Below are positions 44,819-57,669 of a stretch of DNA of 64,000 nt, piece after piece. The translations under genes and the position numbers were made by a program. Every line of letters begins with the position of its first letter. Position 1 is the stretch's first letter. The notes below the pieces were generated by a model. That model was not told the DNA's origin. It saw only the letters and a list, made by a program, of their open reading frames with translations, and ran no database searches. Source of the DNA: Macrostomum hystrix (taxonomy: Eukaryota > Animalia > Platyhelminthes); contig CATNEN010000025.1 of the NCBI GenBank assembly GCA_950097015.1, positions 868,001 through 932,000 on the forward strand, given 5' to 3'.

Positions 44819-47219
44819 ATGGAACAGCTGATGAAAGTGCTGGTGATTGGCGATCCGACTGTTGGCAAGACATCATTTGTACAGCGATACGTTAATAATT
44901 TATTCCAGTCTGATTACAAGCAGACTATTGGGGTGGATTTCGCTCTGAAAGTAGTTCGCTGGTCAGACACGCAAACTATTAAATTGCAGATGTGGGACAT
45001 TGCCGGTCAGGAGAGGTGAGTGAAATGGCTATCGAAGTAACCACTTTAAGGTGGATAACAAAATAATCAACTACGAGCTACTGCGATCCAAGAGAATAGA
45101 AAATATCGTTTTAGCCAGTCATTTAATAATAATTAAAATAGGTCTTTAGCATTTTGATTAATGAGCGGGTATCAAAAACCCGAAGGACACAATAGCCGAC
45201 GGCAAAAGACAAAGATCCAACAAAGAACAATACGTCAAAATACATCGATGCAGCACAGAAGCAAATATCAAAAAGACAACAAAGACAATAAAAGACAATA
45301 ATACGTCAAAAATCACAATGATAGAACCCAAAAGCTGACGTCAAACACAGTAATAAAACCCAAAAGCAGGCGTCAAAAGAACACAATGATAGAACCCAAA
45401 AGCAAGCGTCAAAAGAACACAATGATAGAACCCAAAAGCAAGCGTCAAAAGAACACAATGATAGAACCCAAAAGCAAGCGTCAAAAGAACACAATGATAG
45501 AACCCAAAAGCAAGCGTCAAAAGAACACAATGATAGAACCCAAAAGCAGGCGTCAAAAGAACACAATGATAGAACCCAAAAGCACACGTCAAAAGAACAC
45601 AATGATAGAACCCAAAAGCAGGCGTCAAAAGAACACAATGATGGAACCCAGAAGCAGACGTAAAAAGACACAACACAGAAGCAGACGTCATAAGACACAA
45701 CACAGAAGCAGACGTCATAAGACACAACACAGAAGCAGACGTCATAAGACACAACACAGAAGCAGACGTCATAAGACAAAACACAGAAGCAGACGCCAAA
45801 AGACAACACAGAAGCAGACGCCAAAAGACACAACACAGAAGCAGACGTCATAAGACAAAACACAGAAGCAGACGTCATAAGACACAACACAGAAGCAGAC
45901 GTCATAAGACACAACACAAAAGCAGACGTCATAAGACACAACACAGAAGCAGACGTCATAAGACAAAACACAGAAGCAGACGTCATAAGACAAAACACAG
46001 AAGCAGACGCCAAAAGACAACACAGAAGCAGACGCCAAAAGACAACACAGAAGCAGACGCCAAAAGAAAACACAGAAGCAGACGCCAAAAGACAACACAG
46101 AAGCAGACGCCAAAAGACACAACACAGAAGCAGACGTCATAAGACACAACACAGAAGCAGACGTCATAAGACAAAACACAGAAGCAGACGTCATAAGACA
46201 CAACACAGAAGCAGACGTCATAAGACAAAACACAGAAGCAGACGCCAAAAGACAACACAGAAGCAGACGCCAAAAGACAACACAGAAGCAGACGTCATAA
46301 GACACAACACAGAAGCAGACGTCATAAGACACAACACAGAAGCAGACGTCATAAGACACAACACAGAAGCAGACGTCATAAGACACAACACAGAAGCAGA
46401 CGTCATAAGACAAAACACAGAAGCAGACGTCATAAGACACAACACAGAAGCAGACGTCATAAGACACAACACAGAAGCAGACGCCAAAAGACAACACAGA
46501 AGCAGACGCCAAAAGACAACACAGAAGCAGACGTCATAAGACAACACAGAAGCAGACGTCATAAGACACAACACAGAAGCAGACGTCATAAGACACAACA
46601 CAGAAGGTGCGTCAAATAAGTGATAAAGAAACAAGCAGACGTCACAAGATACAAGTCATCAAGATAAATAATGGATCATTTATCTCATTCGTCCCCTCAC
46701 TGCTCATTGATTATCTTTGACACCAGATTCACATCCATGACTCGCGTGTACTACCGGGACGCACACGCCGCCGTTATCGTATTCGACTTGACCTCTCGCC
46801 AGACATTCGACGGAGCATTGAAATGGAAGCGCGATTTAGATAGCAAATGCTCCCTAGCAGATGGCAGTAAGCTGCCTGCCATTCTGCTGGCTAACAAAAG
46901 CGACTTGTTGAGCCCCGGCCAGAGGCTGCTGCAGATCTCCGAAATTGAGACCTTCTGCAGGGAGAATGACTTCATTGGCTGGACAGAAATCAGCGCCAAG
47001 GAGGGCCTCATGGTTGAGGAGGCGATGCGATTCCTCATAGAATCTGTGCTGGCTAAGAATGCCAGTATGTCATTGGCGTCTAGCCAGAACCCTGCGAGTC
47101 TGGACAATGCGGATCCGGCCATTGTCCGGCTAGGCGCTATCAGCGGCTCTCGTGGCCGTAAAAATAATAGCGGCCGGGATCATCTTGGCGATGAGGCTAG
47201 CGGCGGCTGCGGTTGTTGA
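44819..47219 (+). CDS. RAB29: Rab29 (Rab7L1)-like GTPase, Rab32/38/29 group
   Basis: Exons 44819-45015 and 46727-47219 (phase 2). GDPTVGKTS, WSD...WDIAGQER|FTSMTRVYYR, NKSD and C-terminal GCGC. FTSMTR is Rab29-like; Rab32/38 have FGNMTR. Confidence 0.82.
45300..46650. repeat. Compound A/C-rich minisatellite in the Rab29 intron (36-nt unit, then 25-27-nt unit)
   Basis: AAGAACACAATGATAGAACCCAAAAGCAAGCGTCAA followed by ACACAACACAGAAGCAGACGTCATAAG. Confidence 0.95.
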
Positions 47220-47424
47220 ATAGCGGTTGTTTAATACGTTCAACTCTATAAGACTCGCTTGTTCTATTGTATTCTCAAATTTTCACTAGAACAATACGCT
47301 ATTGTACTAGTATTTTTGGTGATTGCTTTCGTAATTTATGCTGTTCGAGGTTGTCGATTTTCATTTTCGAGGTCGTGGTTATGGGGCTCATTTTGTATAT
47401 CTAGTGTCTGAGATTTCGTGGTCA

Positions 47425-47905
47425 TTTTCCACCATCTACGGAGTGAGATTTCGTGGACATTTTCCACTATCTACGGAGTGAGATTTCATGTTCATTTTCC
47501 ACAATCTACGGAGTGAGATTTCATGTTCATTTTCCACTATCTACGGAGTGAGATTTCATGTTCATTTTCCACTATCTACGGAGTGAGATTTCATGTTCAT
47601 TTTCCTCAATCTACGGAGTGAGATTTCGTGGACATTTTTCACTATCTACTGAGTGAGATTTCATGTTCATTTTCCACTATCTACGGAGTGAGATTTCATG
47701 TTCATTTTCCTCAATCTACGGAGTGAGATTTCGTGGACATTTTTCACTATCTACGGAGTGAGATTTCATGTTCATTTTCCTCAATCTACGGAGTGAGATT
47801 TCATGTTCATTTTCCTCAATCTACGGAGTGAGATTTCGTGGACATTCTTCACTATCTACGGAGTGAGATTTCGTAGACATTTTTCACAATCTACGGAGTG
47901 AGATT
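47425..47905. repeat. 35-nt minisatellite downstream of Rab29 (ATCTACGGAGTGAGATTTCATGTTCATTTTCCACT)
   Basis: About 14 copies. Confidence 0.95.
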
Positions 47906-48849
47906 TAGTTTTGATATATATTTTGGGCCACAATCGACTGCTTAAGTGCTATGATGATAAAAAAAAATTTTGCTTTGAAACTAAAACAATAGTTATGTGT
48001 TTTTCTTATATTCAGATGTCAAGAGCTTCCATTGCTGCTGAAACTGATATTTTCAGAGTTCAAGCATTATTTGATTCCGTTTTTCAATACATTTTCCACA
48101 AAAAAATTTACAATTGCAGTTGCCTTCTCAATAGGTTCCACTTAAGCACGTTTTGAAATGTTTTGGTGCAATTTTTGTACATTAAAGCGTAACTACCTAT
48201 CTTATTGGCCCATTTAATGATCACGAATACTAGTTGCGTTTTTCGGCTCTGCTTTCAACAGCTGACAGTCTGAAAATATTTAGTTACTATCCACAATTCA
48301 TAGGGTGGGATTTCCGGATCAATTATCTACTGGGTGAGATTTCAGGATTCACTATACACTTGGTGAGATTTCGGTATCAATTATCATCTATCATCTGTAT
48401 GTCAACATGTACACTTACGATAATATTTCAACTACTCATGTTGGTGCTATAAAATCTCTTTGCTGCTCAAAACATGCACAGGTGGATTATACACACGCAT
48501 TATGTTTGGCTGTCATTTCTTTAGATTTCATATATTCGCGTTGTTTTACTTTACATTTTTTCTCGTACCAGCTTTTTAGCTGCATTAAACGTTTTTTATG
48601 TATCAAACTCACTTTTCCGTATTCTAATCACCAGTACAGAAATTTGTGATGGCACAATTAAATTGATGTGACGTGAAATGTGCTCTTTTTTACAACTTTT
48701 TCAAGAACTTTATTCAAGCATTCGTTACAAAACTGAATGTGACAAAAATTATGTTTTATTTTTTTTGTATCTCAAGAAATTTTCTGCTTTAAATAGTAAA
48801 ATAAGAATCATTGCGCGCTCGCAGTGCTGTAATCTGAATCGCTTGATCA

Positions 48850-50455
48850 TAGAGAAATCCCATTGTGGCTAGGTTTGTTGCTAGGCTAAATCTACTGCGA
48901 TTGGGATGATTCCCTAGAGAAATCCCTTACTTGCTAGACAGAATCCTACAGTGATTGGGATTATACCCTAGAGAAATCCCTATGTTGATAGGCAGAATCC
49001 TACAGTGATTGGGATTATACCCTAGAGAAATCCCTATGTTGATAGGCAGAATCCTACAGTGATTGGGATTATACCCTAGAGAAATCCCTATGTTGATAGG
49101 CAGAATCCTACAGTGATTAGGATTATACCCTAGAGAAATCCCTATGTTGATAGGCAGAATCCTACAGTGATTAGGATTATACCCTAGAGAAATCCCTATG
49201 TTGATAGGCAGAATCCTACAGTGATTAGGATTATACCCTAGAGAAATCCCTATGTTGATAGGCAGAATCCTACAGTGATTAGGATTATACCCTAGAGAAA
49301 TCCCTATGTTGATAGGCAGAATCCTACAGTGATTAGGATTATACCCTAGAGAAATCCCTATGTTGATAGGCAGAATCCTACAGTGATTAGGATTATACCC
49401 TAGAGAAATCCCTATGTTGATAGGCAGAATCCTACAGTGATTGGGATTATACCCTAGAGAAATCCCTTACTTGCTAGACTGGATCCTACAGTGATTATGA
49501 TTATACCCTAGAGAAATCCCTATGTTGATAGGCAGAATCCTACAGTGATTAGGATTATACCCTAGAGAAATCCCTATGTTGATAGGCAGAATCCTACAGT
49601 GATTAGGATTATACCCTAGAGAAATCCCTATGTTGATAGGCAGAATCCTACAGTGATTAGGATTATACCCTAGAGAAATCCCTATGTTGATAGGCAGAAT
49701 CCTACAGTGATTGGGATTATACCCTAGAGAAGTCCTTATGTTGATAGGCAGAATCCTACAGTGATTAGGATTATAGCCTAGAGAAATCCCTTACTTGCTA
49801 GACAGAATCCTACAGTGATTGGGATTATAGCCTAGAGAAATCCCTTACTTGCTAGACATAATCCTACAGTGATTATGATTATACCCTAGAGAAATCCCTA
49901 TGTTGATAGGCAGAATCCTACAGTGATTAGAATTATACCCTAGAGAAATCCCTATGTTGATAGGCAGAATCCTACAGTGATTAGGATTATACCCTAGAGA
50001 AATCCCTATGTTGATAGGCAGAATCCTACAGTGATTAGGATTATACCCTAGAGAAATCCCTATGTTGATAGGCAGAATCCTACAGTGATTGGGATTATAG
50101 CCTAGAGAAATCCCTTACTTGCTAGACAGAATCCTACAGTGATTGGGATTATACCCTAGAGAAATCCCTTACTTGCTAGACTGGATCCTACAGTGATTAT
50201 GATTATACCCTAGAGAAATCCCTATGTTGATAGGCAGAATCCTACAGTGATTATGATTATACCCTAGAGAAATCCCTATGTTGATAGGCAGAATCCTACA
50301 GTGATTAGGATTATACCCTAGAGAAATCCCTATGTTGATAGGCAGAATCCTACAGTGATTAGGATTATATCCTAGAGAAATCCCTATGTTGATAGGCAGA
50401 ATCCTACAGTGATTAGGATTATACCCTAGAGAAATCCCTATGTTGATAGACAGAA
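48850..50455. repeat. 54-nt minisatellite upstream of BCAS2
   Basis: About 29 copies of CCCTAGAGAAATCCCTATGTTGATAGGCAGAATCCTACAGTGATTAGGATTATA, ending ~90 nt before the BCAS2 acceptor. Confidence 0.97.
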
Positions 50456-50552
50456 CGAGACTCGTGACTGTTGCGGATAAGAAAATGCCGCGTAAACTTG
50501 TGCGCCATTATAATTTTCAATTGACTTGAAATTCCTGGTAATTCCAGAGACA

Positions 50553-51838
50553 ATGTCCGCCTTAGAGCAGCAGGCAGCCCTAGTTAACGCGCTGCCTTAT
50601 GTGGATCGCGGCTTTGAAGAGGCCGGTGTTCGCGAAGCCGCCCTAGGCATGGTCGAAGAAGAGATGCGCCGTTATAGGCCAACTAAAAACTATCTGGAGC
50701 ACCTGCCGCCATTGAATCTGCATCAGTTTGAGACGGATATATTGCGAGCCGAATTCGAGCGTTTGAGCAGTCGCCAGCCGCCTGAGCACATGAGCATGAA
50801 ACGCTACGAGCTGCCAGCGCCTCCTACTGGCCGAATGACTGACGTTCAAAGCTGGCGCGACTCGGTGGACAATAGCAAGGCTCAGCTCGAGCATCAGAGT
50901 GTGCGCATACAGAACCTGCAGCTGCTGCTGGCCCATGGACCTGACGCTTGGAGATGCCACAATGACAATCTGGTGCGGATGGTGACCGACACTGAGCGAA
51001 GACTGCAGGACACTCGCAAGACTATTAAAGAAGTCAATCTGCAGAGGAAAACTGAACAGGCCAGTGCGGGATCATGATCCCGGATCACCGTTTCTACTCC
51101 TGATCTTTCAATACTATTTCTCCCCTCTGATCCTTCAGGACTAGCTATTTCTCCCCTCTGATCCTTCAGGACTAGCTATTTCTCCTCTCTGATCCTTCAG
51201 GACTAGCTATTTCTCCCCTCTGATCCTTCCGAACTAGCTATTTCTCCCCTCTGATCCTTCAGGACCATTTCTCCCTTGATCCTTCAGGACCATTTCTCCC
51301 CTGATCCTTCAGGAACATATCTCCCGTTATCCTTCAGGACCATTTCTCCCTTGATCCTTCAAGACCATTTCTCCCCTGATCCTTCAGGAACATTTCTCCC
51401 TTGATCCTTCAAGACCATTTCTCCCCTGATCCTTCAGGAACATATCTCCCGTTATCCTTCAGGACCCTTTCTCCGATGATCCTTAAGTCTAGGACCAGAA
51501 AGTAACATTTTTTTCTTGCGTGTTGTCAGGTTCGGGCTGGCGAGCGCTTACACACCCTTGAGGACACCTGGGTGCACCTGGTGATGAAGAACTACGAACT
51601 GGAGCGAGAGATTGCCGACTTGGAGACGGCGGTCCACGCAGCCGAGGCGGAGCGTCCGAAGCCGCCGCTGCCGCCACCGCCGCCATTGAAATCCTCCATT
51701 CCTAGTGTAACTACAGCGGAAACTGCGCAGCCAGTTGCAGAACCGGAAGCTGCAGCACCGGAAGCGCAAGACCCAGCGGAACCGGAACCAAATGATGAGT
51801 ATCCGCCAACTCCTCCTCTGACGGAATCAACTGACTGA
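50553..51838 (+). CDS. BCAS2: Pre-mRNA splicing factor SPF27 (Prp19/CDC5L complex)
   Basis: ALPYVDRGF...EEEMRRYRPTKNYL...MKRYELPAP. Exon 50553-51059, probable GC-AG intron 51060-51529, exon 51530-51838 (VRAGERLHTLEDTWVHLVMKNYELE). Confidence 0.92.
51090..51485. repeat. 31-nt then 23-24-nt pyrimidine-rich minisatellite in the BCAS2 intron
   Basis: GATCCTTCAGGACTAGCTATTTCTCCCCTCT followed by GATCCTTCAGGACCATTTCTCCC(C/T)T. Confidence 0.92.
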
Positions 51839-51949
51839 CCTGCCACGATTGGCTGACTTGAAAATGCTATTTATTACTAATATAATGGCTGCTTCATTAA
51901 TAATGCCCAGTTTCTAGACAGCCACATAATGATATATCCTGCTTTCTTG

Positions 51950-53930
51950 AACTCACTCAGTCCCAACCCTCGAACCCTCAGTCCCAACCCTCGATCCCTC
52001 AGTACCAACCTCAGCCAGACGATCTCTCAGTACCAACCTCAGCCAGACGATCTCTCAGTCCCAACCTCAGCCAGACGATCCCTCAGTCACAACCCTCGAT
52101 CCCTCCGTCCGAACTCTCGATCCTTTAGTCCCAACCTCGATCCTTTAGTCCCAACCCTCGATCCTTTAGTCCCAACCTCGATCCTTTAGTCCCAACCTCG
52201 ATCCTTTAGTCCCAACCCTCGATTCTTCAGTCCCAACCTCGATCCTTTAGTCCCAACCTCGATCCTTTAGTCCCAACCTCGATCCTTTAGTCCCAACCTC
52301 GATCCTTTAGTCCCAACCTCGATCCTTTAGTCCCAACCCTCGATTCTTCAGTCCCAACCTCGATCCTTTAGTCCCAACCTCGATCCTTCAGTCCCAACCT
52401 CGATCCTTCAGTCCCAACCTCGATCCTTTAGTCCCAACCCTCGATCCTTTAGTCCCAACCTCGATCCTTTAGTCCCAACCTCGATCCTTTAGTCCCAACC
52501 CTCGATTCTTCAGTCCCAACCTCGATCCTTTAGTCCCAACCTCGATCCTTTAGTCCCAACCTCGATCCTTTAGTCCCAACCTCGATCCTTTAGTCCCAAC
52601 CTCGATCCTTTAGTCCCAACCCTCGATCCTTTAGTCCCAACCTCGATCCTTTAGTCCCAACCTCGATCCTTTAGTCCCAACCCTCGATTCTTCAGTCCCA
52701 ACCTCGATCCTTTAGTCCCAACCCTCGATTCTTCAGTCCCAACCTCGATCCTTTAGTCCCAACCCTCGATCCTTCAGTCCCAACCTCGATCCTTTAGTCC
52801 CAACCCTCGATTCTTCAGTCCCAACCTCGATCCTTTAGTCCCAACCTCGATCCTTTAGTCCCAACCTCGATCCTTCAGTCCCAACCTCGATCCTTTAGTC
52901 CCAACCTCGATCCTTTAGTCCCAACCTCGATCCTTTAGTCCCAACCCTCGATCCTTTAGTCCCAACCTGGATCCTTTAGTCCCAACCCTCGATTCTTCAG
53001 TCCCAACCTCGATCCTTTAGTCCCAACCTCGATCCTTCAGTCCCAACCTCGATCCTTTAGTCCCAACCCTCGATTCTTCAGTCCCAACCTCGATCCTTTA
53101 GTCCCAACCTCGATCCTTTAGTCCCAACCTCGATCCTTCAGTCCCAACCTCGATCCTTTAGTCCCAACCTCGATCCTTTAGTCCCAACCCTCGATCCTTT
53201 AGTCCCAACCTCGATCCTTTAGTCCCAACCTCGATCCTTTAGTCCCAACCTCGATTCTTCAGTCCCAACCTCGATCCTTTAGTCCCAACCTCGATCCTTT
53301 AGTCCCAACCTCGATCCTTTAGTCCCAACCCTCGATTCTTCAGTCCCAACCTCGATCCTTTAGTCCCAACCCTCGATCCTTTAGTCCCAACCTCGATCCT
53401 TTAGTCCCAACCCTCGATCCTTTAGTCCCAACCTCGATCCTTTAGTCCCAACCTCGATCCTTTAGTCCCAACCCTCGATTCTTCAGTCCCAACCTCGATC
53501 CTTTAGTCCCAACCTCGATCCTTTAGTCCCAACCTCGATCCTTTAGTCCCAACCTCGATCCTTTAGTCCCAACCTCGATCCTTTAGTCCCAACCCTCGAT
53601 TCTTCAGTCCCAACCTCGATCCTTTAGTCCCAACCTCGATCCTTCAGTCCCAACCTCGATCCTTTAGTCCCAACCCTTGATTCTTCAGTCCCAACCTCGA
53701 TCCTTTAGTCCCAACCCTCGATCCTTTAGTCCCAACCTCGATCCTTTAGTCCCAACCTCGATCCTTTAGTCCCAACCTCGATCCTTTAGTCCCAACCCTC
53801 GATTCTTCAGTCCCAACCTCGATCCTTTAGTCCCAACCTCGATCCTTTAGTCCCAACCTCGATCCTTCAGTCCCAACCTCGATCCTTTAGTCCCAACCCT
53901 CGATCCCTCAGTCCCAACTATCGATCCCTC
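51950..53930. repeat. 20-21-nt minisatellite (TAGTCCCAACCTCGATCCTT) downstream of BCAS2
   Basis: About 95 copies. Confidence 0.97.
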
Positions 53931-54664
53931 ATGCTCAACCTTCAATTATTCAGGCTTAATCCTAGATATTTTATGCCCTTCCCTCAACCATTCAGGTCTC
54001 GTTCCCTTTTCCTTCGGGTCTTACCATCGATGCTTCAGGTCCATTTACTGATTTTCGGGCTCCTAAAGTTTGAGAAGGAAAGGTTGGTATATTCTGTGCA
54101 TTTTGTCTCGCTGTGCTAATTCGGTCACGAAACGTCAATAAAACATATTAAAAATCTTGCTAATGGCCTAAGTGTCGTAACTTGCTACCTACCAATTGGA
54201 GAGTTAAAATGTTCTCAGCTACTTTTTAAACTTGTATAAATATTCTCTTCTAATGTTATTAATTGTTAATAGTGTGCATATTAGCTCGTAAATGCATCGT
54301 GTAATTAATATCTAAGTACGAGCATGCTAATAACTGTTGTAATTTAACTACGTAACTAAGTGATTTACTATTCAAACAAATATATTGACAAGCGCTGATG
54401 CTGGTTAAAATAATATTTTATTGCCAAGGAAGCCAATTTATGTCTTTTTGTCTTTTTAATAAAAGTTTCTTTATATAATACTGAAAGTAGATGTGCATTC
54501 AGTGTAGAAATTGTTATTAACAAGATAAATACTAAGGGGATTTTCCATCAGAATTTCTTTTCGCTGGCTACACACATGTTGCAAATTGTATCCGATCTTG
54601 CTACAAAAAAATTCTGCTGCTTAGCTATCTTCGTATTTTGCTACTACAAAGAAGTGGAAGATTA

Positions 54665-55480
54665 CGTCTAACTTGTAAAAGATTGCCCCAGCTTCCACGA
54701 TATCCGTCTTCCAGCTTGTGAATGATTCCAACTTCCAGCTTCCATGAAATCCAGCTTGTCAAAGATTGCGCCAGCTTCCACGATATCCAGCATGTGAAAG
54801 ATTGCGCCAGCTTCCATTAAATCCAGCTTGTGAAAGATTGCGCCAGCTTCCATTAAATCCAGCTTGTGAAAGATTGCGCCAGCTTCCATTAAATCCAGCT
54901 TGTGAAAGATTGCGCCAGCTTCCATTAAATCCAGCTTGTGAAAGATTGCGCCAGCTTCCATTAAATCCAGCTTGTGAAAGATTGCGCCAGCTTCCATTAA
55001 ATCCAGCTTGTGAAAGATTGCGCCAGCTTCCATTAAATCCAGCTTGTGAAAGATTGCGCCAGCTTCCATTAAATCCAGCTTGTGAAAGATTGCGCCAGCT
55101 TCCATTAAATCCAGCTTGTGAAAGATTGCGCCAGCTTCCATTAAATCCAGCTTGTGAAAGATTGCGCCAACTTCCACGATATCCAGCTTGTGAAATATTG
55201 CGCCTGCTTCCACGATATTCATTTTCCAGCTTGTAAAGATTGCACCAGCTGCCAAACATCCAGCTTCCAGCTTGTAAAAGATTCCACCAGCTGTCAAACA
55301 TCCAGCTTGTAAAAGATTGCACCAGCTGTCAAACATCCAGCTTGTAAAAGATTGCACCAGCTGCCAAACATCCAGCTTGTAAAAGATTGCACCAGCTGTC
55401 AAACATCCAGCTTCCAGCTTGTTAAAGACTGCACCAATTTTGACAATATCGATCATTTAGCTTGTGAAGGAATTGTGCCA
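54665..55480. repeat. 36-nt minisatellite (CCAGCTTCCATTAAATCCAGCTTGTGAAAGATTGCG)
   Basis: About 11 near-identical central copies with degenerate flanks. Confidence 0.95.
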
Positions 55481-55707
55481 GCTATCAAGGCATTCATCGT
55501 CCGGTTTGTGAAAGATTGCGCTAACTTGCACGATATCAATCTCACGATAAGATAGTAGCAAATTTCACGCATTCATATTTTATCTTTAAGCCTCTTTAAA
55601 ATCGATCGAGAACCATTAATCTCAGCAACTGTTAGGACTAAAAATTAAATAAACTTTGCCTGACATTCAGGCGCACACACAAAGTCCTGAGCTGCATACG
55701 AACTAGC

Positions 55708-57330
55708 ATGCCATCGGGCAACACTGACAGTTGTGACAGCCGCGGCTTCCGCTGCTACTACGATCTGCTGCAGATTGATCCGGCTGTCAGCCAGGCCGAG
55801 TTGCGCCGAGCCTATCGGCATCAGGCCCTGATCTGGCATCCGGACAAGCAGCCGACGCCTGAACTTGCGACCGCCTCCGCCGAACAATTCCGACAAATTC
55901 AACGAGCCTATGAGATACTGAGCGATCCGCGCACCAGAGCCTGGTACGACGAGAATCGGCAGCGAATTCTGCGGCGTGGTGGTAGATCCAAGCGCCCGCC
56001 TGACGCAGGCGCGGAATCAGCCGCCGCTTCTGTCAACATTTTCGAATACTTTCCACCGGGCTGCTATCGCGATTATAGCGACGGACCTGGTGGATTTTTC
56101 AGCGTCTACAATGGACTGTTTGACCGGCTGGCTGCGGAGTTCACGCAGTCAATGAGCACGAACGGAATGGGCGACTCTGTCCCGCCACCGCCTATGCCAG
56201 GTTAGCTTAAGTTGTCTAGGGGATAAACTCCCACGAACTCTTCTACTTCCAAGTGAAACTCCTGCTCCAGTTATTAGCATGCTTCAGCATCACTCAACCC
56301 CTCTTCTCAATCTACCCCTACTCTCACTCTACATCTCTTCTCACTCTACATCTCTTCTCACTCTGCCCCTCTTCTCACTCTACATCTCGTCTCACTCTCC
56401 ATCTCTTCTCCCTCTACCCCTCTTCTCACTCTACATCTCTTCTCACTCTACATCTCTTCTCACTCTACATCTCTTCTCACTCTACATCTCGTCTCACTCT
56501 ACATCTCTTCTCACTCTGCCCCTCTTCTCACTCTACCCATCTTCTTAATCTACCCTCTTCTTCTCACTCTACCCTCTTCTCAATCTACCCCTCTTCTACG
56601 TACTCTACTTCTATTCTCACTCAACACCTCTTCTCATTCTGCCCCTACTCTCTCACTACCCCTCTTCTCCCTCTCTCCCTCTCTCACTGTTAGGGTTCTG
56701 AGAAAGTTTGAGCAGTAAATCACAGTGCAATCTCAATCCACCGCAGCATTCGGCAGGTCGGACTCAGACTTCGAATCGGTGGTTGCGCCATTCTACTCCA
56801 GCTGGGAGGCTGCGGCTGCGGCCTCGGCCAATCAGCAGAGCCGCAGCGAAGAGATTCGGGTCCTAATCGCATTTGTCAAGGCCTGGGATCCGCGAGTGCT
56901 TAATTGGCGACTGAAGGCGGCATCGAATTTAATAACCGGCTTAGCCGAAGAGGAGGCAGTCCGTGCCTCAGTTGGTAGGTCTGTGCAAGCCGGTCTCTTT
57001 GTCTGCCTCGGTGCTCTGATTGGCGGCGGCTTATCGTCATCTTCTACTAGTAGAGGCGGCAGTTACGGCCTGGCGCTGGGCGCAGCCTTCGCTGGCGCCG
57101 CCTACGCCCTGCTCAGTTGGGGCCAGTTTGTTTCGCTAGCCGAAGCTCTGCGCCTGATGCCGGCGGAGAAGAGGACGCGCTTGGCGGAGCTCACTCTGGA
57201 CACTATGCGAGAGGTGAACGCCATGGACACGGCTACCTGGGCGTCGCTGATTGTCACTGACGCCGCCTTCCGTGCCCGACTGCTCAGCCAGGCTAGAGAG
57301 TTCGCTTGCGGTAAAACTACTCATGATTAG
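55708..57330 (+). CDS. Chimeric protein: DNAJC21-derived J-domain fused to a C19orf12-like membrane domain
   Basis: Exons 55708-56200 and 56747-57330, with a phase-1 intron at the same position as in DNAJC21. J domain RCYYDLL...WHPDK. The C-terminal ~130 aa aligns end to end with the C19orf12 at 37094. Confidence 0.85.
56270..56690. repeat. ~17-nt CT-rich minisatellite in the chimera intron (CTCTACATCTCTTCTCA)
   Basis: Degenerate tandem copies. Confidence 0.9.
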
Positions 57331-57669
57331 TCTGCAGCGGCTGGCCATGGGACTCTGGGATGAAAAACTGGGAGATGAAGTACTCTTGTGATTGACTATA
57401 TGACCTGCATTTTAACTGTAAATTATAGTTTTTATTATGTGGGCATGTAGTTAATGATTACATTAATCTATCTGTGTCAACGCAATTTATCTGCTGTACT
57501 CTTAACTTAAATCAATATTGCGTAGTAACAACTCTGTTGCCTACTACTATATAATTACCTAATTAATAAGAAACTGTCATTTAAATTTATATTTTTTGAA
57601 GCTCTAATTTCTCAGCGATCCGGACAAACTGCCCCCACCCGCTGTTGGACCCAACAGCTGTCAGAAATT

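Noticed and set aside
48850-53930. Regular repeat arrays as CRISPR loci
   Set aside because: Units are contiguous with no unique spacers, there are no cas genes, and the context is eukaryotic and intron-containing.
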